Below, piece by piece: positions 50,109 to 62,174 of a stretch of DNA of 64,000 nucleotides. Positions within the stretch are counted from its first letter, which is position 1; the number at the start of each line of letters is the position of its first letter. Source of the DNA: Phyllosticta citribraziliensis (taxonomy: Eukaryota); assembly GCF_038025025.1 (NCBI RefSeq), contig NW_027117345.1, positions 1,426,001 through 1,490,000 of the forward strand, written 5' to 3'. A model generated the notes under the pieces. It saw only the letters and a program-made list of their open reading frames with translations, was not told the DNA's origin and did not search any database. Made by a program: the position numbers and the translations under genes.

Positions 50109-52046
50109 CTACACCGGGATATTCTTTGCCAAATACCCCAGCCACCTGGGCAACGTTCGTCCCCACCTCTTCTCCTCACGCGCCGGGGCAACGCGAATGG
50201 CATCCTCAATCGCACTGGCCCAGCGCACGAGACTCGCCTCCGACCATGCGGTGCCCATGAGCGCTAGCCCAAACGGCATGCCGGAGTTGGCGTCGTCGAC
50301 ACCCGCCGGCACAGTGATCATGGGGTAGCCCGCCTGCGCCGCGACCTGGTACGTCTGGCCGACGTCGGGCGGCACGAGCAGCGCGTCGACGCCCTGCAGC
50401 GCAGCGTCGATGCCGCGCTCGCGCGACTGCGTCTGACAAAAGGCCAGCGCCTGCCAGTACGTGGCGTCACGGGTGCCGTTGGTCGCCAGCGAGGCGAGGA
50501 AGCCGTCCTGGCCCGAGTAGAAGGCCGGGATGCCGCGGGGCCAGGGGAAGCCGCCCTCGGTGCCGTCATTGTCGCGATTGTAAGCGACAATGTCTGCGAG
50601 GGAGCGGATGCGTGTGTTGGAGAGTTCAGAGAGGTACGTTGCGATGTTGCGGTAAAAGTCGACGGCAACGACAGTGTATTCGGATTCGTTGGCGAAGCCG
50701 CGCGTCGAGCCGTAGTCCCAGTCCCAGCCGTCGGGACTGACGAGGAGGGAGCGATTGGGGAGCTCGGTGTTGTTGACAATTGTTGCTCCTTGGGTCTTGA
50801 GGTAGTCAAGGATGGAGACGAGCGTTGATTGTTGTGCACTTGAAGCATATTGCCAGAAGCTGTCCCACGGAATACCGAAGGTCGCATTCGAAAGTGCGGT
50901 ACGATTAGAGAGGAATTGGGCGAAGCCACCGCTGGGTGTCTTGTTGTCCTGCGCCAAAGTGTAGTTATCTCGCGAGTCGATACCGTAGATGGCATCCAGA
51001 GCGTACACTGCATCTCGAACACTCTTGCCGAAAGCCCCAACTGTGTCTTGATGCTCGCTTTCAGGAATGACGCCGGCTCTGGAAGTCAGTCCAACGGTAG
51101 GCTTGATTCCAACAACACCATTGCGTTCTGCAGGATTGATGACACTGCCGTCAGTCTCCGTGCCGAGGGCGAATGGCACGACATTTGCTGCAACGGCGAT
51201 AGCACTGCCGGAACTGCTGCCTCCTGGCGTGACAGTCAGGTTGTACGGGCTTCGAGATTGATCTCCGCGTGCAGAGAATCCTTCGCTGTAGTTGTTGCTG
51301 TTTACGCTCAGTGTCAAGTTGTTTTACGAAGTGGAGAATCCGCAAGATACCTTCGCATATCGGCCCACTCAGAGAGCGTAGCCTTGCCGAAAAGGACTGC
51401 TCCAGCTTCCCTCAAGCGCGCCACGACGAATGCATCTCTTGGAACGATTGATCCGAGAAGGGCCCAGGATCCGGCGGTTGTTTCCATCTTGTCTTTGGAT
51501 GCTATGTTGTCTTTGACGAGAAATGGAATACCATGGAGAGGACCACGCACTTTGCCTGACTTTCTCTCTTCGTCTAGAGCTGCAGCTATAGAGAAGACAT
51601 CGGGATTGAAATCCAGAACGGAGCTGTCGAAGTCTTAGATATGTGCTGCCACTGAAAGCATCCAAACTTTTGCAGCAAGGGCATGGGAAACATTGAAGGG
51701 AAGAAGCAAAACGACTTTAGACGTACCTGATGTACTGATCGACCTGCTGCATCCGGCGCATAAAGCAAAAAACCAGCTCCTCCGAAGTTAATTTTCCAGA
51801 AGTCATGACATGTTGCAGCTCATCAATAGAAGCCTCCTCCAGTTGGACATCCCGACACCTCTCCATAGGGAAGAGTGACGACGAATTGGCATTCTGAAGC
51901 GATGGGAATTGGTACGGAAACGGGTCCTGGAGAGGGTCAATGGCCAAGGCTCCTGAGTAGAGCGAGTTGTTTGTCCCGTAGCCACGCGCAAGCACAAACA
52001 GAGAGCCGAGTGCCAGTAGGCCCGTCAAGGAAGCGCGAGGAGGCAT
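50109..52046 (-). CDS. Amidase-signature family enzyme with probable signal peptide
   Basis: RGPLHGIPFLVKDN (catalytic Lys), PGGSSSGS, GTETDGS; hydrophobic N-terminus; introns 51624-51726 and 51298-51350. Confidence 0.92.
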
Positions 52047-52399
52047 TGATGCGCCGTCCAGGGGAAGCTTGAAGTCGGACGTCAGAGTCGACTCATGGCT
52101 GCGGCTGAAAAGTCTACAGGGCTGTTATGTATCGTCGCACAAGGCCCCGTTTGTGCAACGGTTATCGCAAAGTTCCAGAATCGGACGACCTGAGAGAAAG
52201 GTGGGGGATGTTGTGCAGGGTGCAGGGACCATGTCGATAAGCTGCAGCGGGAGACGGCGGCTAACGAGATGCAGACCGGGTGACGTCAAACATCGTCAAA
52301 CATCGTCAAACAACATTCGGCTTTTTCTCTCCATCGCCGCTGTCAATCTCGCCCATTCGTCCTCGCTCTCTCCGCATACCCTCACATAACGCACTCGCC

Positions 52400-52859
52400 A
52401 TGTCTGAAGTCGTCGTTTTCGCCGTTGCGACCCCCAAGCCCAAGCACGTGGAAAAGGTTTTTCTCAGACCCCTGGAGCTTTCATCCCAAGAATCTGGAAA
52501 GGAATCCCGGCTAACCTTGAAACCTTGTCCAGTTCCTTGAGCTCATCAGCGCCCACGCCGCATTCGTCCAAGCCAACGAGCCCGACACCCTGCGCTACCA
52601 AGTCCACAGGGAGTCCAACAACGACAAGATCCAGATTGTCGTCCTCGAGACGTGAGATCAGACCACTCCATTTGTTTCCATCACACTCGAGTTGACTGTG
52701 CCTCTGCCTCTCAGATACAAGAACCAGGCTGCCATGGACGCGCATATGACAAACGAGAAGTTCCTGGCTATGGTCAAGGAAATCACGGAGAAGGAGATTC
52801 TGGCTCAGCCGCTCCAGATCATCTCCACGTCTCCCGCCGCCGGCTTCGCCAGCCGCTGA
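52400..52859 (+). CDS. ABM (antibiotic biosynthesis monooxygenase)-type dimeric alpha/beta-barrel protein; not captured whole in the ORF track
   Basis: Three exons give MSEVVVFAVATPKPKHVEK-FLELISAHAAFVQANEPDTLRYQVH...VVLET-YKNQAAMDAH...GFASR*. Confidence 0.82.
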
Positions 52860-53043
52860 TGCGGCCCGTCGTCCGGCCTTCATTCCGTGTACATACTTGA
52901 AGGTAAGGCTCTCAATGTGTATATAGCTGCATGAATACGAAAGATGCGATGCGGAAAAGACTCGCTCATGGCTATGCACTCGATGCTCCAACTTCCGTGA
53001 GACTGAAACCGAAATCGCAAATGAGGAAATCATCCACCCGGTC

Positions 53044-53911
53044 TCATTCCCAGTAGTATGAGTACATGTCTATGCCGACAAACTCGTCGGCGTAGGATTT
53101 GGCGGCTTGCTCGCCACCTGCACCCGCGCAGACAATCAGAGGCAAAAAGTGCTCTGCGCGACCGCGCGGATGCATGTCGTAAGAGGCGGGAAAGTTTCTC
53201 CAACCTGCAAGCTTCCTTTCCCGCTCCTCAACGTTGGGTTCTTTTGTCGCATCGGTTACGGCGTTGCTCCACGCATCACTGCGAGCCCTGAATGCCGGCT
53301 CCATGGTGATGCCACTAAACATATGGCGGAGGTTGTGCAAAGTGGCGAAACCAGAACCGACAATGGCGACATTTTGCTCTCTGAGCTTTGCGAGGGCACG
53401 TCCCATCTTGAAGTGGTCGTGGGGGTCCTCAGAGTCCAAGACGGATACTTGGACAATGGGGATATCGGCCTTGGGATTTATCAGGAGCATGGGAATGAAG
53501 ACGCCATGGTCCCATCCTACGACTGTCAACAAATTCAGTCTTCCAAGGATGGTTGTCTCCCTTACCTCTCTCCTCGTCGAATTCAGGCTGCAGTCCCACG
53601 TTTGAAAAAGCGTCTGCCACGTCTTTGGCAACGTCGGGCGAACCCGGGGCGTCGTACTTGATCTCGTAACTCTCTGGTGGGAAGCCGTAGTAGTCGTATA
53701 AAAGGCCATGCCTTTTGGCGCTCGATATGGTGGGATTTCTTGCAGACCAGTGGGCGGTGACGAGTACTATTGCGCGCGGTGCTTCGGATGTTCCGAGTTT
53801 CAAAATGTCGGGGACTTTTTCCTTCATGGACTTGACAAGAGCCGCATGGCTAGGGTCGCCAAGAATAGGCATGGGGCCGCCGCCGTGGGAAACGCAAATG
53901 ACGGGTGCCAT
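53044..53911 (-). CDS. Extradiol ring-cleavage dioxygenase, LigB/DODA (4,5-DOPA dioxygenase)-like
   Basis: SHGGGP, VTAHW, YDYYGFP, RGWDHGVFIP (one intron at about 53517-53565), GSGFATHNL-like, HPRGRAEHFLPL. An in-frame upstream ATG lies at 54016. Confidence 0.9.
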
Positions 53912-54222
53912 GGTTGGGGTAGTCTGATTTGAGACGAAACGAAAGGGTTGCTGTAGGCTGGCGGCGGCAATGGGCAAGGCAGCGTAGAGGTAGCGAAGGC
54001 TAGCGAAGAGAGACATGACGAAACCGAGGGGGTTTGGAGGATTCATATGTACATTGGGCCAGATTGCGCTCGTCGTCTGGATTTGAAAGATCGGAAGGCC
54101 ATGGTTGAAACTTCCGGGTGACCAATCTTGAAGGCGGCGCGAGAGGAGCGGGCACCCATGAAGTGAGACGCGACTTGTTGTAATGCACCCGACGAGAGGG
54201 CGGAATGGCGCGAGGCTTTCCG

Positions 54223-54235
54223 CGGAACGGTTCCG
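54223..54235. promoter_or_regulatory. Candidate Zn2Cys6 binding site, palindrome CGGAAC-G-GTTCCG (CGG-N7-CCG)
   Basis: Perfect inverted repeat with CGG triplets in the shared promoter of the dioxygenase and the Zn2Cys6 TF. Confidence 0.4.
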
Positions 54236-54541
54236 AGCCTACCACCTCACCTCACCTTACCTTGCGAACACCAGCCAGGACCCAACCTCAACCAATACCA
54301 TCGCTCTAGCATAAGCTGCACGTACAACAACAATGAATATTTGCAACACCCATCACGACATGTCTCGACCGAGCTTAGACCAGTTCAGGGCCTAATCCAT
54401 GGATGGCTGTGCTGGCCGGCGACCGTGACTCGCGGCCACGACTTTCGGCTTTTCTGCCACCGGAAATTTGCCAGTTGGTTGACGTCGGAGCATCCACCGA
54501 CGACCCGGACCAGACCAACCAGCCAGACAAAGAAAAGAAAC

Positions 54542-56786
54542 ATGCGAAATCCAGTGGCATGCGTCTCGTGCAGAAACGCAAAGCAAAAGTGCATCCATCG
54601 CGACAAGCCTCCGTGCGATCGCTGCCAAGCTGCCGGCAAGGCTGATGGCTGCCGATTTCCTCCTCCTGGCACATCTGCAATACACAGGCAGTCCAAGCGC
54701 CGCCGTCTATCGTCTCATCAGTCCACTGGCAATCGTGTCAATGGAGCTCTCGGTCAACCCCATTCGCCCTCGGACAGCAGTCTCCAGCTAGCATTCCCAA
54801 ACGGGCTCGACACGTCGCTGAACGACGTCGACCCTTTCAACCTGCTGACCGATGAGGTGAAGAAGAGCTACCTACGCTGCTCGTACAAGTGGTGCTTTCA
54901 TCACACGCCGACCTTTTTGAATCGCGTCATTGAAAAGTCCCTCGACCCTTGGATTTCTTGGTCAATTCTGGCCCTTGCCGTTAGGTAGGCTCATCAGGTC
55001 GCTGGAGCCATAGCTCCGTCTACATCGTCCTCACGCTGCACAGGTTCAGCCGTCATGGTCCGGGCCCCTACGCGACTCCCACAGAGGCCAGCAACGCCTT
55101 TGCTGCTCATGCCAGGCAGATCCTCCAGCTCGAATTGGAGATTCCAAGCATCTCACGCATTCAGGCTCTCCTCATGCTGACTGGCCACGACTGGGGCGCC
55201 GGCAATGGTCGAAGAGCTTGGTTTTATCTGGGTATGGCCATCCGCATGGTGCAGATACTCAATTTGTGCGAGGAGCATTCGTTCCAGGAGACCACTGTCC
55301 CGACAGCTGAAGAGTTCATCGAAGCTGAGGAGCGCAGGCGAACAGCCTGGACATGCTTCCTCATGGACAGTCTCTTGAGCGGAGGCAAGGGCCGAAAGCG
55401 CTCACTCTCTTCTGTCGACATGCGTATCCAGCTGCCCTGTGAGAATGACATGTACATATTCGGGGAGCCGGTCCAGTGCGAGCGAATTGACCGCTCCTCG
55501 AATCCCCTTTTGTCCATGATTCCAACAGGTTCCACGGGCATGATAGGCTACAGCCTGCGCGTGGCCGATGTTTGGGGCGAGGTTGCGCATTGGGCTTGTT
55601 CCAAGACCGTCAACGATGAGCTGCCTTGGGATATCTCGTCGAGATTCAACCAGCTCTCCACCTCGCTTCAGACATGGGTCAATTCACTTCCGAAAAGGCT
55701 TCAGTACAGCATTCGAACACTGGAAGCACACAATGCGCTGGAGCAAGGGCAGGCATTTTGCTACATGCACTGTATCCACTTTATGAGTCTCATGTTCCTC
55801 CATCGCGCCTATCTACCCGTTCTGGGGCCGTCCGCAGACGCTTCGGCGAATTCCTCCGCCACGAGCGAAGAGAACAGAGATGCCTGGCTTCTGTGGCGTA
55901 AGACATCGCGAAAACAGCTCTTCCAAGTCGCGACCACAGTGTGCGACATGGTCAACGAAATGGTCTCTTTTGGCAGCTTCTTTCTCAGGGGTCTGGTACC
56001 TTGGGTCGGCTTCACCATTTACGAAGCTGTTGGCGTCATTGTGTATCGAGCCAACTTCCATTTCGACGAGGAGGACGACATGGGTAATGTCATTGACGAC
56101 GACAAGGAGAGAATCGTCCGCGGGTGTAGCTTCCTCAAGGACATGAAGGAGCAATGGCCCATGGCTCAACAATGGGTGAATATAGTCCGTCTGTAACAGG
56201 GTTGATGATGCTGACCGAGAAAGTTTGAAACGGTGAAGCGCATGCAAGCCTGCTATCGCAGAGTACGCAATGAAGGCGGTGGCAGCATTCCAGAAACGGA
56301 GCAACGAACAATCCGAAACGCCATAGTCGACTATGGGGCTCTCCAGCCGTCACCAGTGCAGGCAGAAGACGAAGTCAACACCCCGGCGGCTTCAAACGTA
56401 ATTGAATCCCTTCCCACTCACTCTCGTATCGAGAAGAAAAGCTGACCTTTGACCTCCATCATCAGCGGCCATCTCTCTCAACCGCCCCAAGCAACAACAC
56501 AACCACTCCAGCAAACACCACCGCCGCAACAGCGCCAGCAGCCGACCAGCCCCAGACAGGCCCTCCCTCGCGCACCTACTCGCCGCTACCGCAGCTCCCA
56601 GACGACGACGCTTTCTTCGAAGGCGACTGGTCCACCTTTGACGACGTCGCGCTGCAAAACGCAGACCTCGACGCCCTGTTCCTCAACGCGACGCAAGAGT
56701 TTTGGGGCGCGTTTCCCGGCGAGGTCGGCTACTTTGATCCGTCGCCTCCTTCCGGCCCGGACTTTAGCGGCATGTGGAGGAGTTGA
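54542..56786 (+). CDS. Zn(II)2Cys6 transcription factor with Fungal_trans domain
   Basis: ACVSCRNAKQKC...PPCDRC...C; AWFYLGMAIRM; EERRRTAWTCFLMD; acidic C-terminal tail; about 3 introns. Confidence 0.92.
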
Positions 56787-57251
56787 CGACTATGCACTGG
56801 TCTGACTTGTACATATAGTGTCTTCTTCTTGACATCTTCAGCGGCTGGCGCGGTAGTCGGTGCTGGCAATCTCACTGCTGCACGCGGTTGGGACGGTGGG
56901 CTTGGTCGGTGTATCAGGCTATCTGACAAGTAAACTCAAATCTCACTCTTTGATATCGCAATGGCGGCACTTCGTTGGCATCGCACCTCTCGCCTCGTTC
57001 GGACGTTTCGGAACCGCCGCTGCCCGAGAGAAAATGAGAACTGCAGCAGTCTCTTTCGGCCCAGAAGAGTCCAGCCCCAACGGATGATTCATCTTCTGGC
57101 CTTTCAAATCTGCCGTGTGTCAAGAGTGAGCTCACGACACGAGATCAGGTCGAACCTGCAGCCAGAGTAGTCAGCCCGGAACCTTCTTTGGCAGACCGAC
57201 GGCTCCAGCAGCTGAGCTGCAAGCTCAACCATACGCAACGAAGGTAAAGTC

Positions 57252-57735
57252 AGCAACTGCGTGGGGAGCGAGACACGTTGAAGCCGCACTTCCGCGCCTC
57301 CAGCACTCGGTCGACGCAGTGCTTTTCCACTCGACTGCTCAGGAGCAAATAAGACGTCTCCCCATTGCGCTGACCGTCCGTGCCGCACACAGTAGAGGTC
57401 TGATTCGGCGCCGGCATGGGACGCAACGGCGTGGGGAGCAAGACGCGCTGAAGCCGCAAGTCTACACCGTTGACCGATTACTTTTCCCTTTCGACGGCCC
57501 AGGAGCAAATAAGACGTCTTTTCATGTCGCTGACCGTCCACGCCGCAAACAGGAGAGGTCCGATTCGACGCAGTGATAGAACGCAACGGCGCGGGGACCA
57601 AGGCGCGCTGAAGCCGCATCTGCGCCTGCAGCACTCCGTCAACGCATTGCTTTTCCACTCGACGGCTGGGAGCAAATGAGACGTGGTCCCATCGCGCTGA
57701 CCGCCCACGCCGCAAACAGGAAAAGTGCGATTCGA
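57252..57735. repeat. Diverged tandem repeat, 3 copies with 170/160-bp spacing
   Basis: Shared blocks GCAACnGCGyGGGGA...TGAAGCCGCA, CTTTTCC, GGAGCAAATrAGACGT, CGCTGACCG and GCCGCAnACAG recur in units starting near 57252, 57422 and 57582. Confidence 0.9.
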
Positions 57736-58615
57736 CATTTCATTTCTGCTTCGATGCAAAGACGGGCCCGCCCGTGTTTTGGCGTGGCAAAAGCACGCTG
57801 TGAGACATGTTGGATATGCAGGGACCAGGAGAGGAAGCCGGTGAGTTGCTTTTTGCTTTGCCGTCTTCAGCCCTGCGCTCCCCATCGCAGAGCAGACGAA
57901 TCTAGACTGTGCCAAGTGGAGAAGGGAGCACTCAGCTGCAGAGGGGAAGCATGCGGCTACTACCGTTTGTAGTGACGGGAAGCGTTCGAGCCATCATCGA
58001 GAGGGTTGAAGCGGCATGCGCAATGGCATGCGTATTTGGATTTCAGCTTCATCGCTGGCGTCTATTGGCGGTGAAGGGTGGCCATGAGTTTGGACAATGG
58101 AAGAAGAAAGAAGTTACTAGGGTGTGTAAGGAAACAAGGAGAAACAGGAACATCGGTCGAGGTCTTGTCTTGATTACCAAGCTGCACATCCATCAGACCC
58201 TGCGTGCGTGCATGCATGCAGTCTGGCGGTGGTACTCTCCGCAATGTTTTTGTGCAAGGAAGGATATTCAACGTGGGCGAACAAGAAAAAAAAATAAGCC
58301 TCGAGCTCATCATGTAGAGCAACGAACAAGGGAAAAAAGCGCCTCCAATACCGGGGTGGGCAATGCAAACAACGCCACGGACGCCTTCCACGCCCAGATT
58401 GAGGACCGCGTGAGAAAAGCCTCCATCCCAAACACTGCTCCACCATGACCCGTGCCTCTTCGCGGCCTGCGGCACGCTGCTATACGGCGGACGCCACAGC
58501 TGCGGTCCTACGTCCGACGCAGAAAATCGCCTTCCGTCGCGGCCGCGGACGCTCACCTCAGCTCTGTCAGCCACCGCGCATCACCACGTGATGACAGCCC
58601 ACTCCACGTACTCTT

Positions 58616-59618
58616 TCACCTGTGCAACTCATTCGACTTCTTGCGGTCGAGTCGGCGATTCACCGCGCCGAGGACGACCTTGAGAATGCCTTCCGCATTC
58701 AGCTCCGCGTCGTCGTTGCCCAAAAACGGCACCGTGTCCACCATATCGCGCACGTCTTCGCCGGCCAGCTCGGCCAGGCCGTCGTCCAGCTGCTTCAGGT
58801 GCTCGCGCGCCTCGGGCTCGCGGCCGACTTGGAAGAATTGGATGCCGACTTGCCAGGCGGGCGCGTCGGCCCGGTCCAGCTTCTTGGCCGCGCTGATGAT
58901 GACGCTCTCGACGTCGTCGCTCGGAACGCCGTCGGTGATGACGATGATGTTGAGTGGCTTGACGCCGTCCAGGTTGGCAGCGCAGCGGGCGAGGTAGGGG
59001 CGAAGGATCTGGTTGAGCTTTTGGCCTGTCGGCGTGCCGCCGCGAGGTCGGACCGTGGAGAAGATTTCGGTTACTGTCGACGGTACCGTCACGTTGTGGT
59101 GGAATTCCGAGTCGGGCGCGTTGAGGAAGTAGATGTCGATTCCGTCCGCATCGTGTGCCGTGCAGATGGGCGTGATCGTTTCGAGCGCCTGCGCCGTTTC
59201 TCGCCAACTGCGACCGGCCATGGATCCCGAGTCATCGATTAGGAATACAGTGTCGAAGCTGGCGAGGAATGAGAATCGGTCATCGCGTGCAGACGAGGTT
59301 GAGAGGCGCGGCTCTGCCGGCTCGGGGACGGTCATGTGTGTAGGCATGGCTTGCGGTGTGTATGCAGGCGGAGGCTCGTTCACTGGGGACGCATTAGTTT
59401 TGTAATCACTTTGATGTCCGAGGGAGCCTACCAGGACGGCGTGTTGGTGGCGAAGTCGTGGTGAACGGGTTGGGATCCTCATGCTCTTGAACGCTTCCGG
59501 ACCGCGTCGACTTGAAGCTCATGACCCTGCTCAGCCTCGAATCACTCCTGTCACCCTTGTCGCCGCTCTTGGAGAATTTGTTCCGCAGGCTGCCGAGGAT
59601 GGATTGCCTTCGCTCCAT
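58616..59618 (-). CDS. von Willebrand factor A (vWA) domain protein
   Basis: MIDAS motif FLIDDSGSM, GGTPTG, IIVITDG, IQFFQVG; intron 59383-59431; PPPAY motif in the N-terminal region. Confidence 0.88.
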
Positions 59619-60197
59619 AACGATGTTTGGGTTATATGTGCAAGTTGAGTGTGAGTGGTCAAAGACGGTGTCGGTGGGGTCGAGGAAGGTGCAAATGGCC
59701 GCTACCGTCATTGGTGGTTAGATGATCTCGCTTGCAAACGGCGCTTGGGATTGCTTTTTCTTGTAACCAGGAACCGGTCTTTGCCAACGTTCCCAACGAG
59801 AGTTTCACGCAGCAAAGTCGATTTGGACTCATGACATACATTGAGAAACAGCTCCAACTTTTATAGAGCCCCGGCTCAAAGTCTATTCTGCCTTGAGGAA
59901 CGACTGTCGCCTCTTTCTCATTGCCACAGAGGCAGTGTTGAAATGATGTAGTAGGAATGACTAGAGGCGTTCTTGTCGAGGCTTGTTGCAGCCTTGTGCG
60001 GGCTGTTGGCGTACAACCAGAGGGCTGAGTTGGCTTCGCTTGTCGTCTGCGTGGGCCCTATCGATCCATCAAGCCTGCTGCGCCCCCTCCTTGACCAGAC
60101 AACGTTCCCACGTGACGCCGAATTCCCATTCCAGCGACGTCAGTCTCAGCTTCCTTTGTCCCCGTCGTGTAACATGCCGTCTCGGCTTGTGCAAGAT

Positions 60198-61620
60198 TCA
60201 CCAAGGACGGGATTCGGGGCGTTTGCCGGGGAGAAACATCGGGGTGCGATTCAGCGTCTCCATGGCACCGTCGCCAGTCCAGTCTCGCTGTGCCGCCATG
60301 AACAAGTCTCTTGGCGCATGTCGAAGTCTACAATTATGTTCGCTTGTTCGCAACGCGTTTCCCTTGGTCCACATCACAGTCGGTTTGGAAAGCGACCACG
60401 CGTAGGAACCCCGCCGATCTCTCCAGCATTCGCCGCAGATGCCAATGTCATTAGTGGAGGAATCGACCATGGAGTGAACGAGCAGGAGTAAAGGGAGCAT
60501 TCTTTCCCTAAGACCGCAGTGGGCATGGTTTTGGTCGATTTGGTATTCGGGACATTGCCGCAAGTTGTCCAAAAGCTTTGAAATATCGCCCTCGTAACCG
60601 TTGGTGCCATCCGATCTTGAAATTCTACTTTCGAAGCGGAGTGTCCCAATCTTACCCAGGAAGCGGATCATCTGCCCCAGTTGGTACAGGTCGCACTGGG
60701 CAGACGAATCGTACCCTAGTTTGCACTGGCGCTGAGTTGACGAGTATATAGACACAAAATGAAGTTGTAGAGAGCTAATTGTTTCGAGCACGGCTTGTCG
60801 GCGAAAGAATAATTCATCTAAATGTCGTCAACAGAAATTTGGTGATGGGTTAGATGGGAATTGAGAGTTTACCCTCGATGATGCCCGGAAGATCGGTCCA
60901 CAACGCAGCCCCTTCTTCTTCTTGTTCTTCTTCAAAACCAGCCTTCCATCGTCCAGAGCCCTGAATAATCAGTCTCTTGCTGTTTTGTCTAACCCAGGGC
61001 GGATAGTCTAAGAGAACGCCGATCAAAAGCCTTTGGCGTATGCGTTCCTCTGTCGAAGCAGAGAATCCTTTGGTCTTGATCTTCATGTCTATCAGTGAAA
61101 GATATTTCTGCTTTTGAACAAGGGCAGCGAAGATAGGCAAAGAATCGAAGCGATCCGCCAGCACGCAGAGGTTGGCCAGATTGGTGAGCGGAGGAGGCTC
61201 CTTGCCCAGACTCGAACCATGCAGGACCCGAAGAAAGTCGGCCATCAGAAACTTTATGGAGCTGACGCGTGATATCCGTCCAACATCGACGATTGTGACG
61301 TCTGGAAGGCTTTCGGCGGGGACTTCGATCATGCGTGGATTGCATATTCGCAGCTTCTCGAGCTGTTTGGCAACTCTGACCCCTTCGTTGAAAGTTGGAC
61401 CGAGCAGATTGTCAAAGTATGTGGATGCTCCACGCAGACGGCTGGCATCGACGCGATACAGGAAGCCTTCCTGACCCTCATCCTCCTTGACCCGAAGAAG
61501 CAAATCACCGTCGGGCGCAATGACAGTGACTGCTGACTCGTTCTGTTTTTCTGGGGTGGCGGAGGAAGAAGCCGTAGGCACAGGTGGAGGCGGGGAGCCA
61601 AATAGAGAGGGACGTGTCAT
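60198..61620 (-). CDS. Fungal BTB/POZ-like hypothetical protein
   Basis: IAPDGDLLLRV...YRVDASRLRGASTYFDNLL...FNEG; LANLCVLADRFD; CDLYQLGQMIRF; intron 60818-60872. Confidence 0.75.
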
Positions 61621-62174
61621 GCTGGAGGCTGTTGTTGGAACTAGCGGGGGCTATGTCGACGAAGGATGCGCGTTGTGCTGCGAGGACAAGTGGTGGGGCA
61701 TCGAGCTAAGGAAAGATGCTGCGGAGAGATGGCGATGCTGAGAAGAGACGGAAACGATTCATGGATACGGCCAGTTCATGATGGTGGTGAGAAAGTGCGA
61801 AAGAGATGCTGGAGATGGTCACGTCGGAGGCAACTGCAGTCAGTGGAGTCGGGTCGTGTGCTGAGGCCCGTGCACGGACGGAGGAAAAACGGACGTCATG
61901 TTGGTGGCTCCCGTCGTTCGGCACCACCGAAACCTATGTCTCCTCATCAACATCGCGTCTGCTCCATCGCTTCACGTTCAAGTCCACAGCAAGTCTGAAG
62001 AAGCTCCTCTCATTGAACCATTTACAGTTCAGCTGCAACTTATTTACCGACCTGGAAAGACCCCTCGACAAAGCCACCCTTGCATGCTTCCGAAATATCC
62101 CACCAAACGCCAATCATTGCAGTCATCATCGCCCCGGTGATTCCCTGGATCGTCCTCACACCAGACTGGAAAGC

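Noticed and set aside
57252..57735. CRISPR array or Kazal-repeat gene
   Set aside because: The context is eukaryotic and whole units are homologous, with no unique spacers. The reading frame shifts between units and Kazal cysteine spacing is absent.
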